Below are positions 9,741-18,976 of a DNA stretch of 64,000 nt, piece by piece. Source of the DNA: Prorocentrum cordatum (taxonomy: Eukaryota). The stretch spans positions 1 to 64,000 of the forward strand of contig CAUYUJ010000072.1 of NCBI GenBank assembly GCA_963575745.1, given 5' to 3'. The first letter of the stretch is position 1, and each line of letters starts with the position of its first letter. The translations under genes and the position numbers were made by a program. Under the pieces are notes generated by a model. It made no database searches. It was not told the origin of the DNA and worked only from the letters and a program-made list of their open reading frames with translations.

Positions 9741-12348
9741 CGAGATTCAGACCACCGCCCTCGAGGAGGAGCTCAGGCAGGCCGTCCAGGGCCCCGAGGA
9801 GGACTGGTTGCTGGACGCCCACGCCAACGCGCCCGCGGTGGAGGGGACCAGTGAGACGACTCATCCCGCCGCTCTCGAAAGATGGAACATCATTGAGAAG
9901 ATCTTGGAGAGCGGGGCCCTCGCGACGCTGGGCGACATCAGCGACTACCTGCATTCACACGCCCTGGCCAGGCTCGCACGCGCCAGCTCAGAGGGCATCT
10001 CCCTGAGCTTGGAGGAAGTACTGCTGGAGGCGACTCGGGACGGGGGGCCAACCCTCGCCGAGGAAGCCGGTCGGGCCCTCGACAGGCTGGGATCAAAGGC
10101 GGGGAGGAGCAGCACTCAGGACCTCAGCATTGGAGGAGCCTCCTGGGACGAGGAGGCTGGAGTTGGCCGCGGGAAGCTCACGGTGCAAGACCAAGACTGG
10201 GACTATCTCGACTTCCAGGACGAGCTTCAGCCCGACGAAGAGATGAGAACCCGGCTCGGCCTCAAGGAAGGCGACGCAGAGCTCAGGCAGTGTCTGGTGC
10301 TCCACATCGCGGCCGCCCTGCTCTGGGGGGATAAGGAGCCTGATGCGCCGGCCGTGAAGGCCCTGGCTGCTCAGCTCCGCCGCGAGTTGTGGGATGGAGC
10401 CACCACCGCCACCGCCGCATTGGGGGGCGCACCTCCCTTCGTCTCACCACGTGAAGCCGAGCTCCGGATGCGCTGCCATGATGTCCAGCACCCGCACCAC
10501 GACAAGGACTTCAGGTGCATCTCGGTCTTCCCCCTGAGTGCCCTCAACACGACCACCGTCCGGGTCTGGAGGATCAACCACTGGAACCAGCTCGAGATCG
10601 ATTCCGTCCTGCCGACGCAGACCAGCGAGAGGGAAGTCCACGTCATGATCCATCGAGGGCATATGCGGGTGCTCAGGCCACCGGTCATCAGCGGCCAGAG
10701 TCCCAACAAGCGAGGCCGGGCATTTGGGGAGATCCTCAAGACCTGGACGCTAGCTGGGAAACCCGTCCGCGAGCTACTCACAGTCGGCTGGGAGATGTAC
10801 CTGGAGTCAGAGGAGGTCGCGGGGCCCGTGATCCCGAGCCGGCCCCCGCCCTGCATGCACTGCAAACGTATGCAGCAGGCTCAGCTCCCAACGCGTGAGG
10901 GCGCCGTCGGGAACCAGGAGCTCGAGGAGGAGGACTTCTCCGGTCTCGCACCACTCCTGCGCAGACCCGCCTTCGCGTGGGGCATCCGCACTCGCGAGAT
11001 CTTCGCAGGGACAGGGAACTGGACCAAGGCGATGCGAGAAGCTGGACTCCAGACGGCTCCGTCCGTCGAGTATTTCCAGGACCCCCTGGCCCAGACCGGG
11101 CCCCAGGAGGAGCACGACGTCCTCGATCCCCAAGTGCGAGAGAGGCTCCTCCTCGACGCTGGGGCAGCGCCAGGCCCCGACGAGGCGAACGTCTACCAGA
11201 TGGCCCCCCCGTGCGCGACCCACTCAGCCTGGTGCCTCAAGAACGGCGGGACCCGCACGTTTGAGCATCCGGACGGCGACGGGACGGTCCAGGCGGAGAT
11301 CGACAGCAACATCATGACCGATTTCGCCGCCGACCTCTGCGAGCGCCTCGACGCCAACGATCGAGAGTGGATGCTCGAGAACACGGCCAGCGACGGACGC
11401 TACCCGAAGATCTGGGACAGGGCCAGGATCAGGCAGCTGCAGAAGCGCACAGGAGCACGGATTATCTCCGTCGCCATGTGCGAGTGGGGGCTAGGGCCCC
11501 CAGAGGAGCCTGCGAAACGGCACCGCAAGCTGACGTTCTGGATGGTCTCGAAGGGCCTCTACCCCTGGGCGCTCTCTCTGGCGAGGCGCTGCACCAACCA
11601 GCACGAACGCGTCGCCCTGGAAGGGCCTCTCCCCTACGACCTGACCCAGGCCCAGATCGACCACTACAACTCCTCCAAGCTCTCCCTCAGCCAGCCCGAG
11701 CAGAAGGACATCCTGAGCCTGACCAATCGTTTAGCCCTGGCAGGCGCGCAGGCTCAGGGTCTCGCCGCAGATACCAAGACCCTGGAAACCCCACAGCTCG
11801 GACCCGAGCTGCTGCGCCCGCTGAACGACCTCGTCGGCAAGCTGGGGCCCGTGAACTTCCACTGGAGCCGGGTCGAACCACGCACCGGGAAGGCCTTCGA
11901 GGACCTCCCGGAGGGCGCCGTGGCCTTGTACTACGGACGTGATCGAGCCGACAATTTCGTGGCCAAGATCTCACACCAGTCGCACCCGTGCCTGCACGGT
12001 GGCGGGCGCATCCCCAGCGGAGCTCCCCCACTGGCCAAGGCACTGCGGGAGGAGTTGAGCACCCTCGGCTTCCAGGTCGGTCAGCGTGGACTACGTCGCA
12101 CCCGCTACGCCGGCCAGTACCCGACGAGGCCGTGCGCTGCCTGGGCCGAGGTCGTCAAGGCTGCGGGAGCGGGGACCCCCCCCGCGAAGCTCCTGAAGAA
12201 GCTTGAGCCCATCGTCACGACGAGGGCCGGAGACAAGATGGCGGCGGGAGCCGGTGACGGGGTTCACCTGGCGGAACCCCCCCCCTCCTTTTCGCTTCCA
12301 GGACGTGCCAGTCACGGAGAAGGAGGCGGAGGAGGACCATCCAGCTGA
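9718..12348 (+). CDS. Element segment 2: putative cysteine protease domain followed by a C5 cytosine methyltransferase-like domain
   Basis: Frame is open upstream of the listed start (WSPPAAFDEIQTTALEEEL from 9718). RQCLVLH at ~10285 and IHRGHM at ~10648. EIFAGTG (motif I, ~11000), MAPPC (motif IV, 11200-11214) and LEN (motif VI, ~11374). Confidence 0.75.
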   Translation, partial: WSPPAAFDEIQTTALEEELRQAVQGPEEDWLLDAHANAPAVEGTSETTHPAALERWNIIEKILESGALATLGDISDYLHSHALARLARASSEGISLSLEEVLLEATRDGGPTLAEEAGRALDRLGSKAGRSSTQDLSIGGASWDEEAGVGRGKLTVQDQDWDYLDFQDELQPDEEMRTRLGLKEGDAELRQCLVLHIAAALLWGDKEPDAPAVKALAAQLRRELWDGATTATAALGGAPPFVSPREAELRMRCHDVQHPHHDKDFRCISVFPLSALNTTTVRVWRINHWNQLEIDSVLPTQTSEREVHVMIHRGHMRVLRPPVISGQSPNKRGRAFGEILKTWTLAGKPVRELLTVGWEMYLESEEVAGPVIPSRPPPCMHCKRMQQAQLPTREGAVGNQELEEEDFSGLAPLLRRPAFAWGIRTREIFAGTGNWTKAMREAGLQTAPSVEYFQDPLAQTGPQEEHDVLDPQVRERLLLDAGAAPGPDEANVYQMAPPCATHSAWCLKNGGTRTFEHPDGDGTVQAEIDSNIMTDFAADLCERLDANDREWMLENTASDGRYPKIWDRARIRQLQKRTGARIISVAMCEWGLGPPEEPAKRHRKLTFWMVSKGLYPWALSLARRCTNQHERVALEGPLPYDLTQAQIDHYNSSKLSLSQPEQKDILSLTNRLALAGAQAQGLAADTKTLETPQLGPELLRPLNDLVGKLGPVNFHWSRVEPRTGKAFEDLPEGAVALYYGRDRADNFVAKISHQSHPCLHGGGRIPSGAPPLAKALREELSTLGFQVGQRGLRRTRYAGQYPTRPCAAWAEVVKAAGAGTPPAKLLKKLEPIVTTRAGDKMAAGAGDGVHLAEPPPSFSLPGRASHGEGGGGGPSS

Positions 12349-15300
12349 GCTCAGAGGATGGCAATGCGCGAACAGAGGCAAGAAGAGAGGAGGGTGGAAA
12401 CGCAACAAGGCGAGAAAGAGGGATCCCGACCGAGGAGCGCCACCACCGGGCCCTGGAGGAGATGGCGGAGACGACGAACCTGGGGGAGACGAAGGAGAAG
12501 GAGAGGAGGAAGAGGAAGAGAAGGAGCCGCCCAGGAGGGTCAAGAAGTCCAGGCAAGCCGAGCAGCAAGCCGATGAGCCAGTCAAGGTGATTCTTCCACA
12601 GCGGGGGGACCGATGGATACCAATCCCGGGGGCCCCCATGTACGCGCACGAGCTCCAGAGCGTCCTCATGACCTGCAGATGGCTGCGCGACGACGTCCTC
12701 AGCCCCGAGGAGCTTCGCCTGTTCGTCTACACCGACGAGGGGGACGCCGCAGGAGCCGAGGGACCTCCCTTAGAAGACGACGATCGTGTCGAGCCCGGGG
12801 AACGCCTTATCCTGTGGATCGGGAAAGAGGACATCGGGAATTGGGCAGCCTGGGCGCCGCGCTGGATCAAGAGGGCCGCGGACGAGGAGCGTGAGGGGGC
12901 GCCGTGGCACCGCAGCGAGGCCACCCCCGCGTCCCACCGCAGCGTCACGCTGAGGATCGCCGACCGCGTCAGCTCCCAGGGCTTTGGCAGCCCAGAGCTT
13001 GGCGCTGTCTGGAACAGGCGGGCCCCTCCGCCGCGCTCAGGAGGGAGGCGTTTCCAGCAGGCTGCCGCCCAAGCCCTCCAGAGACAAAGCCGCGAGGCGC
13101 CCGCTGGAGGGTCCAGCAGCGGAGGCAGCTCAGCCGACAGCATCAAGCTGGAGAGCATAAGGAGGAAGCTCGAAGCCGCCAAGGCCGCCGAGGTAGGTGT
13201 CCTGGAGGAGGAGGAGAAGCGCATCAAGGAGCTGCAGATACAGCTGGCAGAAGCTAAGGAGCGCCGCCGGGCCCGTCGTGCGAGGGATGCCGGCAAGCGC
13301 GAGGCAGAGCAAGCGCAAGCCGGGCATCCCCGCCGGGCCAGCTCAGAACCCCCCAGCGGGCAGGGCGCGGCCACCCCTCTCGATCCAGCCTGGGAGGACG
13401 AGACCCCGTTGCCCTCGGCCATCCTGGATGGGGAGAACAAGTGCCACGAAGCGGAGTGCATCTTGAATAACCTGCCCGGAGTTCCAGCTGACGATCCCAC
13501 GGGACCTGATCGGAGGAGGAAAGCGCGGGAGCTCCTGATCGAGGGCATCAGCTCCATGTTCGAGGACCTACCGCGGAGCTGGACCGGCACCCCCTACGAG
13601 GAGCAAGGCGAGATCGCGAGCGAGTACGTTGACATCCTCGAGAAGCTGACCCGCAAGATGGTGAAAGCAGGGGAGCTGGACGACACCCCCGCAAAGAAGC
13701 GCCAGAGAATCGTGCACGAGAAGGCGGAGGAGGAACCCACGAGCGACGACGCGGACTCCGACGAGAGCTCGGAAGACGAGGTGGTGGAGAAGCCGTACGC
13801 GAGGACCGAGGAGGGAATAGACCCCCCCCTCCCAGAGGATCCAGATCCCCTGAGCCTCTGGCCCGGGCAAGCGGAGGCGGCCAGGCGGAGCAGGGAGGAG
13901 ACTTTCCAGAGCTCTCCTGGGGCCAGCGGCAGCGGAGGCCCCGCCCCCGCCGCAGGTGCAGAGCCACCGCCGAGTGCACCTCCACCGCCCGAGGTACTGG
14001 AAACCCCCTCAGACCCAGCCCAGTATCGGAAGAGCAGACTCCCCGCCACGATCCCCCAGAAGGCCGCGCCAACGAGGAGAAGCCGCTCGGCCATGACAGT
14101 CGTGGAAGCAGCCAGGCGTGCCGCAGGCAGGTCGACGACCTCCAGCGGAGACCCCCCTACTGGGGGAGCCGACGCCGGCAGCGCAGGGACGTCCGGAGAG
14201 AAGCTCGCACTCAGGCCCAAGCCGAGATCACTGGGTGCCCAGCTGCGCGCCACCTCCAAGGGAGAGCCATCGCAGCCCAGACCCCGCCAAGATGATCCAG
14301 CCAGGCCGCTCGTGCCCCCAGATCACGCAGTCAGGCCCCTGGTGAGGCCCCCAGGGTGGCGCCCGCTTCTCCCTGGGCAACTCGCCCGGCCGCCGGGGAT
14401 GCCGCCGATGATGCCGCCCCCTTGGCCGTCCCCTCCGCGGGGGGGCCGCTGTGGGGGACCCCCTTTGGGGGAGGCGCCGGCGGCGCCGAGCGGTGGGGGG
14501 GCGCAGGAGGAGGCGCGTGACTACGTTAAGTGGTGCGCGGACCACCCCACCTTCCAGCCCGAGAAGGTGCCAGAGGTCGTGAAGCGGGGCAACTCACTCC
14601 TCCGCCTCGCCGGCAGCGTCGAGAGGGCTGCCGAGTTGCTGAAGCACGCGCGGGAGGAGGTCCATGGGAACCCACTGGGCGGCGTACTCCAAGAAGACGT
14701 GCAGAAGTCCTTGGACCCGCACCACGCCGCCTACCTCCGGGCCATGGCCACCGGGGGGGTACCCGTGCGACGCACGGAGGAGCGGACGCGCACGCAGGCC
14801 AAGTCGCACTCCTCGGCGGTGGACCACGCGCTGGAGATGTTCGAGAAGGCCTGGAAGGACAGCCGCTACGGCGTTGTCCTCTGGGCCTCGGACGAGGTCG
14901 AGGGCGTGCTCGCCGCCTCGGCGCTGGTCGAGTCGCCCAGCGGGAGGGTCCCCGAGATGTTGCCGGATCGGACCATCTCGAAAGAGGGCCGGCCGATCCA
15001 CGACATGCGGGCGGCCAACGCCTTCTCTCCGAAGGAGCAGCACCCGCCAGCGAAGCAGCCCCTCCACAGGGGGCTTGCGAGGCTCAGCCTCTGGTGGGGG
15101 GCGAGGCACCCGGGCGTCCAGCAGGTGGTGGCGAAGCGCGACGTGGCCAGGGCCTTCAAGTGGCACCACCTGGAGCCAGCTGCCGTGCCAGAGTTCGGGA
15201 CGACGCTCTCGGGCAGGGAGGTCGGGGTGCCAGGGCGAGTTATCCTGATCCACGGCGTGCTGGTCTTCGGCTGGGCCGGCAGCCCGGGCGAGTACATGGC

Positions 15301-17764
15301 GTTCGCCTGGGCGGCCAAGAGCGAGCACGAGAGGAGGAAGCCGCCGGCGCCCAGGATCAACGATGCCGTCAGGTACGCCTCCAAGTGGCTCATGGACGAC
15401 GGGGTCGTCCTCGAGCCGCTGGTGGGCCTCCGACCCTGGCTCTCGGCCGAGGAGCTCGACGGGGCCATGAAGCGAGTCTGGGGCCCGGACGCAGTTAACG
15501 AGGAGAAACTGGACGTCGAGGGGGAGTTCGCGGCAGAGCAGTTGATCTGGGGACTCCACATGAACTTCGACACGAAGGTGGTCAGGCTCCCAGAACCCAA
15601 ATGCATCAAGGCTCAGTACCTGCTCGCCCTCCCGGATCTCAGAGGATCCAGGCGGGTCCCGCTGAAGGTCGCCCAAGAGCTGCGAGGCTGTGCCCAGTTC
15701 TGGGCGTCAGCACAGCCAGCGCTGCGCCCCGAGCTCCCCGCCCTGGACCGACTCCTCAGCAGCGGGACGAGCTGGGCAGAACCGAAGGGTACGCCTGAGG
15801 AAGTCGAGCTCGCCTGGGAGGAGTGGGGCGCGTCAGTGGGGTTTCTGAGGATGCTCTTCGACGTCCCGGAGGCCTGGAGCACGACCTCCCAAGCCAGCTT
15901 CACGCAGGCCCTGTCGGTGCGCGAACGCCTCGCCTTGCCAGGGACAGCGCGTACCACACGGTGGACGGGCGGAGATGCTACCACCTCCTCGATCGGTGCC
16001 ATCGACTGGGGGAGCGCAACTGCAGGGGATGCCGCGCCGACGCCGGAGTACATGGCCACGGACGCCGGACCATTGCTCGAGGCCCTGAGTCACGCGGTCA
16101 CAGGCGAGAGTGGCGAGGAAGGCTGGATCATAGCGGTGGTCGAGCTGCTGGCGGTGGTCGCGTTGGCCACGAAGCAGGGCTCGAAGTGGGAAGGCGAGTT
16201 GGTATTTTACGTCACGGACAACCAGAATGTGAAGGCCTGGCTCACCAAGAGAAGCCCCAAGAACGCCCTGGCCCGCCACCTGATACGTCTGGTGGGAAGG
16301 ATCGAAGCCATGCACGGATGCCGCATCGTCTCGTTCTTCGTGAGGACCTACCATAATGAAGTGGCCGACTGGCTTACCCGCGAAGAGGTCAAGCAGGTTC
16401 ACGACACGCTGGCCACCTCAGGGTGGACGCGCCTAGAGCCTCCCGCAGCCTGGGGCCAGATACTGGAGGACGCCAAGGAGCGCCTTCTCAGGCTCCCTGG
16501 AGAGACGGGCCCCGTGGCCGAGGCTGCCCTTCGACACCGAGCACTTCAGCGAGGACATGGACTGCCGAGAGCTCTCCCGCTCCGCGGGAAGCTGGGTCGA
16601 GAAGTGGGGAGTCTCATCAACCCGTACACGAAGGCCTTCGAGCGCCTCGGGGGACCGGAGCCCGAGGAGAACCAGAAGGTGGGATGGCTCATGGCGTCGC
16701 TGCCCCTAGACCCCAAGGGCCGAGAGATGGAGGCTTTCTTCGTCGCAGCAACTCAGGAGAGCCCTGAAGTGGCGGTCGTGGACGCCCCGACCGGGGTAGA
16801 CACAGCCAGGTTCGAGAAGGCACTCAAGCAGCTGGGCTACATGGTCTCGAAGTTCGAGGTGGTCTGCACGCACCACGGGGACGCCGCGACGCGGACCAGG
16901 CGGGTGCTCGTGGGCGGACGTCGGAAAGCGGGGGTGGGCCTGGCGTGCATTAACATGCCGCCGGCCTGCTCCCGAGCTGCCAGCGTCAAGCCTCTCCTGG
17001 AGAAGGGGAAGGACCACCTGTGGCTCGACCAACAAGGCGAAGTGTCATGGGACCCCCGCATCCAGTCCACCAGCGACCCCCTCCTCCTCAAGCCGGTCGG
17101 GCACCTCAAGAAGGATGGAGCGAAGCGCCTGATCTACAGCGAGGAGGGGCCGGTGGGCACAATCCGCTGGCCTGGGGCGGAGCTCCAAGGACCCGGGGCG
17201 ACGCTCCTCCGTGTCACCGGAGGGGGCGGAGGCACGGTCCGCGCCCTGACGCCCCAAGAGGTTTGGCGAGTGCAGGGAGGGACCAACGACGAGTGGACCC
17301 ACTTGCGAGCCCAGGGCTTCACCGAGGACGAACTCCTGAAGGGCGCCGCCAGGGCGCTCCCGCCGAGGACCGCGGAGGCAGTGCTGACCGCGGCGACAGA
17401 GGCGCTCGACAGCACCAGCACGCAGCGGGCCGGGGTGTGCCATGATCCAGAGGAGCAAGCTGCGTGGGAGGCCACCAAGCGCTGGTTCCGCGCCTGGGCC
17501 CAGGCACCGGATCAGCCCGCCTTGGCACTGGCAGCAGAGGGCGAGGTGAGGGCCGGAGGAGCGCTCACCGACGAGATGCACAAGAACCGCCGGCGCGCCC
17601 AGGCAGTCCGCTTCAAGATGATCGACGAGGACACGCTCATCGGACCCCGCGAGGCCCCAGCCGCCGAGAAGGTTAAGCTGGATAAAAGTGTGACACGCTC
17701 GAAAAGTCCTCGCAAAAAAAAAGCCCTCGGCGTGCCAAAGAGATGCCAGCAACCGACCTGGTGA
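12203..17764 (+). CDS. Element segment 3: low-complexity/coiled-coil linker, reverse transcriptase, RNase H, degenerate C5-MTase-like domain
   Basis: RT: KRDVARAF (Asp at 15140), LVFGWAGSP (~15260), WLMDDG (~15386). DIRS-type RNase H: GDAT, VELLA, VTDN, NEVADWLTR (15970-16380). MTase C-terminal motifs: HGDAATRTRRVLVG and VRALTPQEVWRVQG. Confidence 0.9.
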   Translation: MSPSSRRGPETRWRREPVTGFTWRNPPPPFRFQDVPVTEKEAEEDHPAELRGWQCANRGKKRGGWKRNKARKRDPDRGAPPPGPGGDGGDDEPGGDEGEGEEEEEEKEPPRRVKKSRQAEQQADEPVKVILPQRGDRWIPIPGAPMYAHELQSVLMTCRWLRDDVLSPEELRLFVYTDEGDAAGAEGPPLEDDDRVEPGERLILWIGKEDIGNWAAWAPRWIKRAADEEREGAPWHRSEATPASHRSVTLRIADRVSSQGFGSPELGAVWNRRAPPPRSGGRRFQQAAAQALQRQSREAPAGGSSSGGSSADSIKLESIRRKLEAAKAAEVGVLEEEEKRIKELQIQLAEAKERRRARRARDAGKREAEQAQAGHPRRASSEPPSGQGAATPLDPAWEDETPLPSAILDGENKCHEAECILNNLPGVPADDPTGPDRRRKARELLIEGISSMFEDLPRSWTGTPYEEQGEIASEYVDILEKLTRKMVKAGELDDTPAKKRQRIVHEKAEEEPTSDDADSDESSEDEVVEKPYARTEEGIDPPLPEDPDPLSLWPGQAEAARRSREETFQSSPGASGSGGPAPAAGAEPPPSAPPPPEVLETPSDPAQYRKSRLPATIPQKAAPTRRSRSAMTVVEAARRAAGRSTTSSGDPPTGGADAGSAGTSGEKLALRPKPRSLGAQLRATSKGEPSQPRPRQDDPARPLVPPDHAVRPLVRPPGWRPLLPGQLARPPGMPPMMPPPWPSPPRGGRCGGPPLGEAPAAPSGGGAQEEARDYVKWCADHPTFQPEKVPEVVKRGNSLLRLAGSVERAAELLKHAREEVHGNPLGGVLQEDVQKSLDPHHAAYLRAMATGGVPVRRTEERTRTQAKSHSSAVDHALEMFEKAWKDSRYGVVLWASDEVEGVLAASALVESPSGRVPEMLPDRTISKEGRPIHDMRAANAFSPKEQHPPAKQPLHRGLARLSLWWGARHPGVQQVVAKRDVARAFKWHHLEPAAVPEFGTTLSGREVGVPGRVILIHGVLVFGWAGSPGEYMAFAWAAKSEHERRKPPAPRINDAVRYASKWLMDDGVVLEPLVGLRPWLSAEELDGAMKRVWGPDAVNEEKLDVEGEFAAEQLIWGLHMNFDTKVVRLPEPKCIKAQYLLALPDLRGSRRVPLKVAQELRGCAQFWASAQPALRPELPALDRLLSSGTSWAEPKGTPEEVELAWEEWGASVGFLRMLFDVPEAWSTTSQASFTQALSVRERLALPGTARTTRWTGGDATTSSIGAIDWGSATAGDAAPTPEYMATDAGPLLEALSHAVTGESGEEGWIIAVVELLAVVALATKQGSKWEGELVFYVTDNQNVKAWLTKRSPKNALARHLIRLVGRIEAMHGCRIVSFFVRTYHNEVADWLTREEVKQVHDTLATSGWTRLEPPAAWGQILEDAKERLLRLPGETGPVAEAALRHRALQRGHGLPRALPLRGKLGREVGSLINPYTKAFERLGGPEPEENQKVGWLMASLPLDPKGREMEAFFVAATQESPEVAVVDAPTGVDTARFEKALKQLGYMVSKFEVVCTHHGDAATRTRRVLVGGRRKAGVGLACINMPPACSRAASVKPLLEKGKDHLWLDQQGEVSWDPRIQSTSDPLLLKPVGHLKKDGAKRLIYSEEGPVGTIRWPGAELQGPGATLLRVTGGGGGTVRALTPQEVWRVQGGTNDEWTHLRAQGFTEDELLKGAARALPPRTAEAVLTAATEALDSTSTQRAGVCHDPEEQAAWEATKRWFRAWAQAPDQPALALAAEGEVRAGGALTDEMHKNRRRAQAVRFKMIDEDTLIGPREAPAAEKVKLDKSVTRSKSPRKKKALGVPKRCQQPTW

Positions 17765-17881
17765 GGCCGCAAGCGCTGGGCGTAGCTCGGAAGACCAACT
17801 ACCCCGGAAAAGGAGCTCGCCCCCGCCGGCCGCGCTGAGCCTGGCGGAGCCAACTACGCCGGCTGGTTCGCGCAGCAGAAG

Positions 17882-18976
17882 ATGGAGGCCATGCTGCAGA
17901 AACTCAGTGAAGGCACAAGGGCAGGTTACGAGGGAGGATGGCGGCTCTGGGTTGCCGCGCGCCAGGCGCAGGGGCTCAGCCCTTGGCTCCCAGGACGTGA
18001 TCGCGAGGAGCGCCTGGCCGATGAGGAGGCGCCCATCAACTTCGCCGTCCTCTTAGCGCGGGTCGTCGCGAGGACCGAGGGGACCATCAAGCAGAAGCTC
18101 TTCGCGGTGCGCTACGCCCACCTGGTGGCTGGCTACTCGGACCCCCTGCTCCACAGAGGCCGCCTCTGGAGCACGCTGGCAGGGCTGAAACGCTGGCAGG
18201 GGCCCGAGACCAAGCGGAAGAAGCCCGTCACGCCAGCCATGCTCGAATGGCTCCGCGGCTTTCTCCAGCAGGAGGCCAAGCTCCCCGAGGAGGATGCCGT
18301 GGTCATCTGGGCGGCCATCGTGACAGCGTTTTTCTTCCTCCTGAGGGCCTCAGAGTACCTCCTCCAGGACGGGCGCTCGTGGTCCTTCGAGCGCGTGCTG
18401 CACGGGGAGGACGTGGAGCCCAAGAAGGAGGGGAGGCGCGTGGCCAGCTTCCAGGACGCCGACGAGATGGTGATCTACATCAAGGGCAGCAAGACGGACC
18501 AGCTCAACGTCGGGACGGTGAGGAACCACTACCGCGCCGGCACATCGCTCTGCCCGATCGCGGCGATGGAGCGGCTCCAGGCTCACCATCCTCAGCGGAT
18601 AAAGGGCACCGAGGAACGGCTGCCCCTCTTCCGCTGGGCGTCAGGTACACCGATCCGCAGGGCAGAGGTGCAGCACTTCCTGACGGTCGCGGGGCTGGCC
18701 GCCGGCCTCTCCAGGGAAGAGATCGGTAGCCACTCCCTGAGGATCGGCGGGGCAACTGCAATGTACCACGTGACCGAGGACCTCTCCCGAGTGCGCCGAT
18801 TCGGGCGCTGGCAGTCGGACGCGTTCCACGGCTACCTGTGGGAGTCGCACGAGCCGATGAAGGGCATCTCCGGCAAGATGGCCAGGGACAACTCCTCGTT
18901 GACCAACCCGGCGAAGGACAGCGCCTCCAGCAGAGCTGCCGCCGGCGCCGAGAGCGCCAGGCGTGAGAGCCCATGA
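17882..18976 (+). CDS. Tyrosine recombinase (phage-integrase family) of the retrotransposon
   Basis: Full catalytic set R-K-H-R-W-Y: FFLLRASEY (R 18344), GSKTDQ, SHSLRIGGAT (18728-18757), FGRWQS, HGYL (Y 18833). Confidence 0.95.
   Translation: MEAMLQKLSEGTRAGYEGGWRLWVAARQAQGLSPWLPGRDREERLADEEAPINFAVLLARVVARTEGTIKQKLFAVRYAHLVAGYSDPLLHRGRLWSTLAGLKRWQGPETKRKKPVTPAMLEWLRGFLQQEAKLPEEDAVVIWAAIVTAFFFLLRASEYLLQDGRSWSFERVLHGEDVEPKKEGRRVASFQDADEMVIYIKGSKTDQLNVGTVRNHYRAGTSLCPIAAMERLQAHHPQRIKGTEERLPLFRWASGTPIRRAEVQHFLTVAGLAAGLSREEIGSHSLRIGGATAMYHVTEDLSRVRRFGRWQSDAFHGYLWESHEPMKGISGKMARDNSSLTNPAKDSASSRAAAGAESARRESP

Noticed and set aside
14530..16402. Overlapping and antisense ORFs within the element (e.g. 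14594-15676 minus)
   Set aside because: Expected shadows of GC-rich coding sequence; no motifs.
17882..18976. Prophage or integron integrase indicating bacterial DNA
   Set aside because: It lies inside the repeat-bounded RT element, and the surroundings are eukaryotic repeats.
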